Assembly (NCBI GenBank): GCA_963768175.1
Contig: CAVYGQ010000001.1
Span: forward strand, 382,305 to 446,304
Length of the DNA: 64,000 nucleotides
Direction: 5' to 3'
DNA from: Candidatus Doudnabacteria bacterium
Lineage (GTDB): Bacteria > Patescibacteriota > Doudnabacteria > UBA920
Made by a program: the position numbers and the translations under genes. How positions within the stretch are numbered: position 1 is the stretch's first letter; each line of letters starts with the position of its first letter. Below, one piece after another: positions 48,332 through 57,006 of this stretch. Under the pieces are notes generated by a model, which saw only the letters and a list, made by a program, of their open reading frames with translations, was not told the origin of the DNA and did no database searches.

Positions 48332-48477
48332 CTTCCTTATTGTAATCATCACAAACCAGCCCCGCCCCGAGCGAAGTCGAGGGGCGGGGTTTAATTTTCT
48401 CTTGTTGACATCTTTTACAAAAAAAGGTATGCTTTAATGTTTTACAAGCCCCAACCAGGGGCAAACAAGGAGAGTAC

Positions 48478-48891
48478 ATGAAATCTTTCTCGATCTTGAC
48501 GGTAGTCTCCGTCCTGCTATGTGCCCTGCTGTTACAAGTACAGACAGCTCAAGCAGGAAAAGAAACGGGAGAAGGGAGGACTTTCCAGCTGGTACCGCTG
48601 GAAGACAGGAACGCTATCACCCCATACCCTTGTGGTGAATACTTCTTCGGGGCGAAAACCCCGAACGGGCAATTCATCCTCGGGTATGCCGTTAAGTATC
48701 CAAACGGCATCACGCACAACCACGTGCTTTTTAAAAAGCATGTGAGCACCAACATCGGCAAGGACGGGGAAGACCCGGCCGTCTGGGAAATGGAGAGCGG
48801 CATAGTCGTTCTCCGGATCTCAAAAAAGGACTACAGGAAGGCGAAAGCCTGCCTGCCAGAGCCAACAGACGATCGGTCCACGGCCCGCTGA
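48478..48891 (+). CDS. Secreted hypothetical protein
   Basis: Signal peptide (AQA), SD AAGGAG, own promoter TTGACA-17-TATGCT (48405-48433). Confidence 0.7.
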   Translation: MKSFSILTVVSVLLCALLLQVQTAQAGKETGEGRTFQLVPLEDRNAITPYPCGEYFFGAKTPNGQFILGYAVKYPNGITHNHVLFKKHVSTNIGKDGEDPAVWEMESGIVVLRISKKDYRKAKACLPEPTDDRSTAR

Positions 48892-49021
48892 CCCAGGACC
48901 ATACCCACCGGCGCAACGATATCTTGTACAGATGTCTGTTGCGCCGGACGACCTTCTCCACGAGAGTGGATTTTTTATTGGGTTTGTTGCTACTTTCACC
49001 CATTTTTGCTAACATACCAAT

Positions 49022-49331
49022 TAAGTCCGACAGCCCCCTAAAAGGCGTTCCGGTGCAGGCTGGCCCCTCAAGCCATGTTTCCTGTCCAGATAATCGCACT
49101 TAAAAACGATGAATACCCGTTTACTGCGCTAGTTTGGGAACCGTGTCGTGGACGAGTTCGCAACCGTTGCGGCTTTAGAATTGGTAAGTCTTCGGCATTA
49201 GGCCGCAGACGGTTGCGCCCGCAGGGGAGGCGGGCACAAAACAGAGGACAAATCTAACTATTGGCGGCACCGCGCCATTGTTCGGCTGGCTCCAACGCAA
49301 CGCGGCCGTTCGGTGCAAACGGCCGCTTTTC
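49022..49331 (+). ncRNA. Candidate structured RNA (or 60-aa ORF transcript)
   Basis: Promoter TTGCTA-17-TAACAT; long stem 49159-49178/49199-49217; terminator gcggccgtt..aacggccgc followed by T-tract. Confidence 0.35.
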
Positions 49332-49360
49332 TTTTGCCCTGATTTTGATAAAATTGAGAT

Positions 49361-50185
49361 ATGTACCAAACCTTAATTAAACCCCTGTTCTCCGACGTAA
49401 AAACTTTTGTCTTAGATACCCTCTTTCCAATTTCCTGCCTAAGTTGCGGCAAGGAGGGAGTTTTTACCCAGCACCACTTTTCAGACGATAACCAAAATTC
49501 TATCATTAAAAATACCGATTGTAGTATATCAACTGATAATCAAAATAGTACAAAAAGTGGTGCTGGGTTTATTTGCGCGGACTGCAAAGCTACGATGAAA
49601 AAACTGGAACACCAGCGCTGTATTGTCTGCCAAAAAAACACGCCGTTTGGCTTTACCCACCCTTACTGCCTAACTACTTTTGGCGCGGACGGGCTAATTA
49701 GTTTTTATGATTACCATGACGAAAAAGTAGCTAATATAATAATCAAAGGCAAATATAACTTTTTACCCGCCGTTTATTCCGAACTTGGCAAAATTATCGC
49801 CAATCAGTTAAAAACTAGCTACCCACTACTCACTACCCACTACTCACTTGTCCCCATTCCCCTTCACAGCTCCCGGCAGAGATGGCGCGGATTCAACCAG
49901 GCGGAAGTGCTATGCCAATCGCTAAGTGAAAACTTAGGCCTCGCGTGCATTAATGTACTAGTACGCTGTAAAATCACGAAAACGCAAAAAGATTTAAAAA
50001 AAGAAGGCCGGTTAAAAAATGTAGCAGATGCCTTTAAATTAAAATCCGGAACCGATGTCCACAGCAAAAACATCATCTTGGTAGACGATGTCACTACCAC
50101 CGGCGCCACACTTTTGGAAGCGGCCAAAGTCTTAAAACGCAACGGCGCGGCCAAAGTCATTTGCCTGACCGTTGCCAGGGATTAA
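49361..50185 (+). CDS. comF: ComF family protein (zinc ribbon plus PRTase) with in-frame repeat insertions
   Basis: CxxC pairs, PIPLH..R..WRGFNQ, LVDDVTTTGAT. Confidence 0.92.
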   Translation: MYQTLIKPLFSDVKTFVLDTLFPISCLSCGKEGVFTQHHFSDDNQNSIIKNTDCSISTDNQNSTKSGAGFICADCKATMKKLEHQRCIVCQKNTPFGFTHPYCLTTFGADGLISFYDYHDEKVANIIIKGKYNFLPAVYSELGKIIANQLKTSYPLLTTHYSLVPIPLHSSRQRWRGFNQAEVLCQSLSENLGLACINVLVRCKITKTQKDLKKEGRLKNVADAFKLKSGTDVHSKNIILVDDVTTTGATLLEAAKVLKRNGAAKVICLTVARD

Positions 50186-50285
50186 AAAAGGATGCTGCAT
50201 CTCCACAGCATCCTATGGCGGCAAAGCCGCCGCAGTGATGCGATGATGCCAGCTTTTTACAGCCGGCTCCATCCCTTCACCCATA

Positions 50286-50456
50286 TTAGCGCCCTCTCTT
50301 TCTTTTATTCACCTCCTCTTTGACGGCGAAGATCGCCGCGACCGCTGTAGCGCCGACTACAAACGCTTTCACCGGGTTCCACCCTTTCCGCTTGGCCACC
50401 CAAGCAAAGATGAAACCGACCACCAAGGCGATTAGAATCGCCAACGCGTAGCCCAT
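50286..50456 (-). CDS. Small membrane protein, 56 aa (absent from ORF track)
   Basis: MGYALAILIALVVGFIFAWVAKRKGWNP...; strong SD GGGAGGAG. Confidence 0.7.
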   Translation of the reverse strand: MGYALAILIALVVGFIFAWVAKRKGWNPVKAFVVGATAVAAIFAVKEEVNKRKRGR

Positions 50457-50494
50457 AACTCCTCCCTTTCTGGGGTTCCAGCTATCGGCCTCTC

Positions 50495-51985
50495 CTACTT
50501 TGAGGCCAGATTTTGAGTTGATTCAGCCGTTCCCTCTTCGTCAAGGGAAATAACCAAAGGCGGAAATTGCCAATGGTTGAAGGTGAATCTGTCGGTCTTA
50601 CTGGCAAGCGGGCGGAATATGAGCTGAAACCTGTAGGCTCCGTAAAGCTCATGCACCGGAGGCTCACCTGTCCTGTTCTGGTATTCGCCGACATCTGCCA
50701 GTAGTCGGTACTTATGCCCCTTGTCGTCCAACAAGTAAGTCTGGGAATCGCCTGCTTTGGCCGAATAGAGGCTTTTCCTGCTCCCCCCAAAGTATTGACA
50801 GGCTACAGTCAGAAGCGTCCCCTTGTGCCCGATCCCCACCTGTTCAACCCACATACGGATGCCCTGGCCGGCGGCACCACCAACCGCACTGTTGGAAACA
50901 ACCGAAACTGGATTTGAAGTAAACCTCAGCCAGTTTGACGGCGTGTACTCAGCCGGCAATTGCGAATGCTGCAACTCTACAGGTGGGATATTGATTTGCA
51001 TCGCCAGGTCAGCGAACTGCGGGTGATGCAAAGTTAACGTCTTGACGGTGCTGACTTGCGGGATGGACGGGAAAACGAGCGCAAAACGGTAAAACTCACC
51101 GCGCGCCACCCACCGAGGTTGGTACTCCAAGGTTTTATTGTCTTCCGCCAGTCTGGTGGAAAACTCAGCCTTGTTTTCCATCAAGTCATACTTGTGACCG
51201 AGTTGGTCAGTCAGGTAGATACCACTATCGGGATACAGCCAGCCTGAACCAGGATAATCACCATCAACTGCAGTTCCTGCGCAAGCTGTATATACTAAGG
51301 TCATCCGGTCATTAACCTGGATCCCTTCTATCCACAAGTTTAGATAACCCTTGCTGCTTGGAAACCACTTGGGGCTCAAAACGAAGGGAACCCACACCAA
51401 CGGAGAGCTTTGGGCAGCCAGACGTTTTTGTTCATCCGCTTTCTTGACGATCTCCGCAGTGGCTTTTTTGAGCCGTGTCCCCGGATAGCGGGGATGGAAT
51501 TTGATGTGCGCTGGAAACAGCTCAATGGTGCCATCAGGCTGCTCATAATAGTTGAACAGCGATTCCCCGGTGTTCACATTCGCGATTTGTCCAGGATTGG
51601 GCTTGCTGACATCATACAAGACCAGGCACATCAAACAGTAAGCGACCGTAAAGACGACCACGAACTTGCGGTGCTTAAGAGTGAACAGGCTGGCCGTCAA
51701 CGCTCCTACCACAAAGTACCCGATGCCAGTCAGCAAACCGACTGTCGCTTTCAGCAGGTAGGTATCCTTAGACCATCCGGCATTCTCCAGTTCGGAGTAG
51801 ACTATGCCGTACAATCCTAACCAACCCACTATCACGACGATCACAACAACGATCCACGCGCCAACGATCACAAAACCGACAGAAGCAAACATCTGCGCGA
51901 AGGTCTTCTTAGCTTTCACCATGTAGCCGACCAGGAATCCGGCCAAAACAGCAGCCAAGATCCCAAAGAGGACTTGAAGTCCCAT
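50495..51985 (-). CDS. Membrane protein with 4 TM helices and two repeated extracytoplasmic Ig-like (DUF4352-like) domains
   Basis: SD AGGAGG before MGLQVLF; repeated YL.D..GHKY.L and YRF.L.F.P motifs; promoter 52071-52099. Confidence 0.7.
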   Translation of the reverse strand: MGLQVLFGILAAVLAGFLVGYMVKAKKTFAQMFASVGFVIVGAWIVVVIVVIVGWLGLYGIVYSELENAGWSKDTYLLKATVGLLTGIGYFVVGALTASLFTLKHRKFVVVFTVAYCLMCLVLYDVSKPNPGQIANVNTGESLFNYYEQPDGTIELFPAHIKFHPRYPGTRLKKATAEIVKKADEQKRLAAQSSPLVWVPFVLSPKWFPSSKGYLNLWIEGIQVNDRMTLVYTACAGTAVDGDYPGSGWLYPDSGIYLTDQLGHKYDLMENKAEFSTRLAEDNKTLEYQPRWVARGEFYRFALVFPSIPQVSTVKTLTLHHPQFADLAMQINIPPVELQHSQLPAEYTPSNWLRFTSNPVSVVSNSAVGGAAGQGIRMWVEQVGIGHKGTLLTVACQYFGGSRKSLYSAKAGDSQTYLLDDKGHKYRLLADVGEYQNRTGEPPVHELYGAYRFQLIFRPLASKTDRFTFNHWQFPPLVISLDEEGTAESTQNLASK

Positions 51986-52184
51986 GTTGTGTTTCCTCCT
52001 TTTCCTTTCTTTTACAAGACAACCCTCAGCCAGCAATTTGACTAGGGGTTGTTCTTGTGTTTCTGCCTTTAACATAAGAGCATTTTATGGTTTTGTCAAG
52101 CCTCTTTCAATTACCGCAACAAGGTTTGATATTTATAAAAATTGTCGGAATTCAAAAAATTTCAAGGCTAACCTTGAAATTTTT

Positions 52185-52276
52185 TGGCGGAGAGGGAGGG
52201 ATTCGAACCCTCGAAAGGATTTGACTCCTTTACCGGTTTAGCAAACCAGCGCACTAGGCCTCTATGCGACCTCTCC
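52185..52276 (-). tRNA. tRNA-Ser(GCU)
   Basis: GGAGAGG acceptor, anticodon GCT, long variable arm, GGTTCGAATCC, encoded CCA. Confidence 0.95.
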
Positions 52277-52389
52277 AAGATCAAAATATTAAATTGTTTA
52301 GTTATACTTGGACTTGTGGGACAACGTTCGAACGGAAATTATAAAAATATTATAACATAAGGGGAAACGCACCTCACCGGTTATAGAAA

Positions 52390-52896
52390 CTAAAGCCCTT
52401 TGATTTTTAAACTGTTTGGGTAACCATATCCGACGCCAGCATCAACTGCGTCTGACTGTATAATTTTTCCGTCTTTCACATCAACAATAATAACCACATA
52501 TTTTAAATCTGAAGCTAAAGTTTTAGAACCAAAGCCAACTAGACCTATGCCTTCGTTAATTTCACAATTCAAACGATAACGCAGTACCCCATCGCCCAAT
52601 TCTCCGACTATTGCATCTAAAAGTTCTATGTCGCCACCTACTGATTCAGAATATTTATTAAATTCTTCATTTATCACATCTGGCAATTCGTTTACGTTTA
52701 TTCCCTGTGTATTTTCCATTTCAATTTCAGCTGCAACCTCGCCTTCCGCAACGTGTGCTTTGGATCTTTTAAAAAGGCCGAATAACTTTCTGCGATACTC
52801 GTTTTCAATCATTGCTCCTTTCCGCGCAATTTCAGGATCCACTACTCTTCCCTCTTTATCGTAGATAGAAGGCGAGTTTTCAAATGTTTCTTCCAT
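52390..52896 (-). CDS. Hypothetical protein (AT-rich, acidic)
   Basis: 168-aa ORF between tRNA-Ser and its degenerate copy. Confidence 0.65.
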   Translation of the reverse strand: MEETFENSPSIYDKEGRVVDPEIARKGAMIENEYRRKLFGLFKRSKAHVAEGEVAAEIEMENTQGINVNELPDVINEEFNKYSESVGGDIELLDAIVGELGDGVLRYRLNCEINEGIGLVGFGSKTLASDLKYVVIIVDVKDGKIIQSDAVDAGVGYGYPNSLKIKGL

Positions 52897-52970
52897 ATTT
52901 TTACAAGTTTAATACTTAAAAAAATTTGAGGCTGCTCGGCCATTACAATAACTAAGGTAAATGGCTGACC

Positions 52971-53036
52971 CGAAAGGATTTGACTCCTTTACCGAGTTTA
53001 AAACCAGCGCTACTTGGGCCTCTATGCGACCTCTCC
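52971..53036 (-). pseudogene. Degenerate partial copy of tRNA-Ser(GCU), 5' two-thirds
   Basis: cgaaaggatttgactcctttacc...gcctctatgcgacctctcc matches 52212-52276; anticodon arm damaged, T arm absent. Confidence 0.85.
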
Positions 53037-53315
53037 AAAATCTAAATTATCTATACTATTTTAGCGGAAAATACGTACCTGGTCAATTTGCTCTTATAAC
53101 AATGGGCACCATTGTGCTGCACAATGGTGCCCATTGTTTATGATACAAAATTAGCGGTTTTTTGGTTTTAGCGGTAAAATTAAAGTAAAGCAATAAGCTT
53201 TAAAATTAATGGATCTTAGACACTACCGCAAACGTAATACATAAGAGACCCCCCTATTTTATCGTTTTTGCTAAAAATCAGCCTTTGTTGTCTAATAAAC
53301 AGTTACTTGTAACAA

Positions 53316-53906
53316 ATGGACCTAAATTCCGTCTTTAGTATTAGCAGCCAAAACATCAAAGATGCCGACAGCATGGCTCTGCTTTTTGCCAGAGCCAAAA
53401 AGGGCGAGCAAGCGGCTTTTGGCGAAATTTACGATCTTTTTTTTAAAAAGATTTACCGCTTTATCTTTTTCCGCGTCGGTCACAAAGAGGTGGCGGAAGA
53501 TTTGGCGGAAGAAGTCTTTTTAAAGGCTTTTTCCAAAATTGTCTCCATAAACGAAGTGGGCGCCTTTGAAGGCTGGCTTTACCAGATTGCGCGGAACTTG
53601 ATTATAGATTATTACCGGCAAAAAAAATCCATTGTCGCGCTGGAAGAAATTGAAAACACCCTGGAATACGAAACTAATATTATTGACGTCGTCAATTTGC
53701 GAGAACAGCAAAAAATCTTCCTGAAACTGCTCAAAGAATTGGGTGCTGAACAGCAAGTCGTCATTAAATTAAAATTTTTTGAGGAGCTGGAAAATAGCGA
53801 AATTGCCGAACTGCTCGGCAAAAATGAAGGCACCATAAGAGTCATCCAGCACCGCGCAATTATTAAATTACAGGAACTAATAAAAAAATCAGCGCAACAA
53901 GAATAA
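53316..53906 (+). CDS. ECF RNA polymerase sigma factor
   Basis: AEDLAEEVFLKA, WLYQIARN, region-4 HTH EIAELLG...GTIRV. Confidence 0.93.
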   Translation: MDLNSVFSISSQNIKDADSMALLFARAKKGEQAAFGEIYDLFFKKIYRFIFFRVGHKEVAEDLAEEVFLKAFSKIVSINEVGAFEGWLYQIARNLIIDYYRQKKSIVALEEIENTLEYETNIIDVVNLREQQKIFLKLLKELGAEQQVVIKLKFFEELENSEIAELLGKNEGTIRVIQHRAIIKLQELIKKSAQQE

Positions 53907-54025
53907 ACCCTCACACGTCACCCTGCGGGTGACACCCTCTCCCACCCGCCTTCGCCAAGGCTACGGCGGACAGGGAGGGAGAGAAAAATAATGTTGATTC
54001 AATCGCTATCGCGATATCACCGCTT

Positions 54026-55261
54026 ATGAATAATTTGGAAAATATTTACAACCAGGCATTGGAGATGCTAAAAAAAGGCCATTCTAAAGAAGAGGTCTTG
54101 GTTAAGTTCGCCCAATTTAAAAACGAGCTGGATCCCCTTTTGGACATTAGTTTTAATCTTTTAACTTTGCCAAAAAATATCGTGCCCACGCCGCTTATGC
54201 GCCGCAAATACGCGGTCCTGCCCGCAAAAAGGCTGTGGCTGGCGTGGCTGCATGTATCCAAATTTGCCAGCGTCAGCGTAGGCCTAATGCTGTTAATTAG
54301 CGCTTTGTCAGTTACCGCGTACCAAGCTTCCAAAAGCGTTCCGGGAAACGCGTTGTTCGCCCTAAAAAAGGGTGAAGAAAATTTCCGCCTGGTTTTGGCG
54401 TCCAACCAAAGCCAAAAAGCCAGCCTGCAAATCGCCATGGCCCAGCAAAGGCTAAACGATGCCCAACAAATTTTTAGTGATCCAACCAGCAACGTACAGC
54501 AAAAAACCGCCGCGCTCAATGAACTCTCCGCGCAAACCACCAGCGCCATAGCGGAAGTTAACACCGTTGCGGCAACAGATCCTAAATCGGCCGCCAGTCC
54601 CCCGCTGTTAAATTCTTTGGATAGCATTACCCAGGGGCAAAAAAACCTTTTAACCGCAATAAAGCCGGACAGCCAAATAAAAACCGCAGCCAACAGCGCT
54701 TTATTGGCGTTAAGCAACGACACAGCTAAACTTTCGGCTATTAAGCAAACTATAGCCGTTGCCACCGACAACCAAGAAGCTCTGGCTAAACTAAGTTCGG
54801 ATCCAAATTCCGTAGCGGCCTTTGGCCCAATTAGCCGGGCTACCAGCAGCCAGGTTACCGTGGAGCAAATTACTTTTAATATAACACCCCAGACAACAAT
54901 TCAGGATTCTGCCTCAAACAGCCTGTCGCCCGGAGATTTGCAAAACGGAGACCAGGCCAGTGTGGTTGGAGAAAAAAACAATAATTTACTAGTTGCCCAA
55001 CAAATTTTTATAATAGCCACCTCCACGGAAACAGCCGCGACGGCGACTGAAACAAATTCGGTCATCACGCAAACCCCCGATAATTCAGCCTCAACCGCGA
55101 CATCTTCCACGCTTTCCCCCATTAGCGCAAAAAAACCGCCAACGCAAAATTCCACCAGCACCCAAATCCAACAGGACAATTCCACCTCTACCGATGTTGA
55201 TTCCAATATCGTAACTGCCCCTTGGATTGTTGACACCCCAGCCTCGCAATATGCAAAATAG
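54026..55261 (+). CDS. Putative anti-sigma membrane protein (DUF5667/DUF5666-like)
   Basis: TM followed by S.PG..LF.LK..E motif; OB-like domain; S/T-rich tail; follows the ECF sigma gene. Confidence 0.7.
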   Translation: MNNLENIYNQALEMLKKGHSKEEVLVKFAQFKNELDPLLDISFNLLTLPKNIVPTPLMRRKYAVLPAKRLWLAWLHVSKFASVSVGLMLLISALSVTAYQASKSVPGNALFALKKGEENFRLVLASNQSQKASLQIAMAQQRLNDAQQIFSDPTSNVQQKTAALNELSAQTTSAIAEVNTVAATDPKSAASPPLLNSLDSITQGQKNLLTAIKPDSQIKTAANSALLALSNDTAKLSAIKQTIAVATDNQEALAKLSSDPNSVAAFGPISRATSSQVTVEQITFNITPQTTIQDSASNSLSPGDLQNGDQASVVGEKNNNLLVAQQIFIIATSTETAATATETNSVITQTPDNSASTATSSTLSPISAKKPPTQNSTSTQIQQDNSTSTDVDSNIVTAPWIVDTPASQYAK

Positions 55262-55327
55262 TTCTCCTGTTTGTTTTTCTGAACAGGCGGAAGGAACCCT
55301 CCTTCCCCCAATTCAGGACGACAGTAC

Positions 55328-55395
55328 ACCCCCACACCAAAGTCTTTAAGGTACGCACTGATAAGCAATACAATTTCGGACTTTGGTGTGGGGGT
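55328..55395. repeat. Palindromic element
   Basis: acccccacaccaaagtc...gactttggtgtgggggt. Confidence 0.75.
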
Positions 55396-55455
55396 AAACG
55401 GAAGCTTTGAAACAAAGACACCCAAATAGCTTTCCAAGCTATCTATGGGTAAATT

Positions 55456-55490
55456 AAAAACAGCCCCTTTCTAGAGCGGGGGCTGTTTTT
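55456..55490 (+). terminator. Intrinsic terminator
   Basis: aaaaacagcccc...ggggctgttttt. Confidence 0.75.
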
Positions 55491-55538
55491 GTTTAAATTG
55501 GACTTTACACCGGTTGCCCATACCATTATAATATAACC

Positions 55539-55895
55539 ATGAGAACTACTCAACGAAAAGGAGACATAGCCGTTTCTCAAGCCATTGCCACTTTTACAAA
55601 GATGGGGTTTGATGTGGCATTGCCGATTACCGAATCAGCGGCTTATGACATGATTGTGGATACCCCTGAGGGACTTAAAAGAGTCCAAGTTAGATACACG
55701 AGTGGCAAAGAAGTTGATTTAAGAAGGATACATTCAAATTCCGCTGGTTATGTTGTTAAAAAATCTAAAGAAAATGCCTATGATTGGCTATTTGTCTTAA
55801 AAAATACTGGGGAAGAATATTTACTTAAGGCTTGCCTGTACGGGAGACGGTCAATAACCCCAACAGCCCAATATTTACTCAAAGCTACCCAATAA
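55539..55895 (+). CDS. PD-(D/E)XK endonuclease (group I intron-associated type)
   Basis: KGDIA, G..V..P......YD.IVD.....RVQVR. Confidence 0.8.
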   Translation: MRTTQRKGDIAVSQAIATFTKMGFDVALPITESAAYDMIVDTPEGLKRVQVRYTSGKEVDLRRIHSNSAGYVVKKSKENAYDWLFVLKNTGEEYLLKACLYGRRSITPTAQYLLKATQ

Positions 55896-55926
55896 CCACA
55901 AACTGCGTTATAATATGTTATAATAA

Positions 55927-56017
<91 letters not shown>

Positions 56018-56034
56018 GTAATAATACTAACAAT

Positions 56035-56511
56035 ATGTCTAACGAAAACCAAAACACACTTTCCTGGGAGGCCTGGGAATTCAAGCATTATCCCAAAAAC
56101 TTGGGCTGGTACGTAGTATTAATTGCCGTAACGCTGCTGCTGATGGCTTTTTTTATAATTATCCAAAGCGATATTTTTGCCGCGGTGTCTTTGGGGATTT
56201 TGGCGCTTTTGGTTATTTTTTTCGCCAGGCAAAAACCCCAAAGGGTGGAAATTGAATTAAACAGCCGCGGGGTAAGGTTTGGCAACATTACCTACCCTTA
56301 TAAACAGCTAAAATATTTTTGGGTGGTGCACAACGAGCGGCACCAGACAATTAACTTCCATACAACCGCTTTGCTTAACAGCGTCCTGATTTTAGAATTG
56401 GAAGGTCAGGATCCGGAACAAGCCAGGCAGTTTCTTTTGCAATACCTGCCGGAACACAGCGAGACTGAAGAAACGCCCGTGCAAAAAGTCATGCATAAAC
56501 TTAAGTTTTGA
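56035..56511 (+). CDS. Conserved CPR-type membrane protein (2 TM plus PH-like domain)
   Basis: SWEAWEF..YPK..GWY, 2 TM; start moved downstream of the tRNA. Confidence 0.75.
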   Translation: MSNENQNTLSWEAWEFKHYPKNLGWYVVLIAVTLLLMAFFIIIQSDIFAAVSLGILALLVIFFARQKPQRVEIELNSRGVRFGNITYPYKQLKYFWVVHNERHQTINFHTTALLNSVLILELEGQDPEQARQFLLQYLPEHSETEETPVQKVMHKLKF

Positions 56512-56530
56512 CCCACTTTGATTCAAGTCA

Positions 56531-56605
56531 GCTTCTATAGCTCAACGGATAGAGCGCAGCCCTCCGGAGGCTGAAATGCAGGTTCGATTCCTGCTAGGAG
56601 CACCA
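56531..56605 (+). tRNA. tRNA-Arg(CCG)
   Basis: cagcc-ctCCGga-ggctg anticodon arm, GGTTCGATTCC, CCA. Confidence 0.95.
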
Positions 56606-56625
56606 TATAATATAAACTTCTGTTT

Positions 56626-56985
56626 ATGTTTATAAAAAAGCTTACCGAATGTCCTGAATTTATAGCCGGGGATAAAACTATTTTAAGGGAAACCTTGCAC
56701 CCGGCAAAAGCGGATTTATCCATTACTTACAGCTTAGCGCACGCGATCTTAAAGCCAAAAGGCAAATCCCAACCGCATAGTTTAAAAACATCTGAAGTTT
56801 ATTATATTTTGCAAGGTTCGGGAAAGATGCATATTAACGATGAAGCCGCCTTGGTTGGGGCTGATGACACCGTTTATATCCCGCCTCATTCCATTCAATA
56901 CATAGAAAATATCGGCAAGACAGACTTGAAATTTTTGTGTATTGTCGATCCCGCTTGGAAAATTGAAGACGAAGAAGTGCTATAA
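56626..56985 (+). CDS. Cupin domain protein
   Basis: PHSLKTSEVYYILQGSG, YIPP...Q.IEN.G. Confidence 0.88.
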   Translation: MFIKKLTECPEFIAGDKTILRETLHPAKADLSITYSLAHAILKPKGKSQPHSLKTSEVYYILQGSGKMHINDEAALVGADDTVYIPPHSIQYIENIGKTDLKFLCIVDPAWKIEDEEVL

Positions 56986-57006
56986 AAAATATCTATAAGC
57001 AAAAAC

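Noticed and set aside
52304-52356. YLDLWDNVRTEII fragment as a remnant of a serine recombinase C-terminus
   Set aside because: Too short to support without a search
52961-53143. 60-aa ORF
   Set aside because: It is composed of the tRNA remnant and a palindrome
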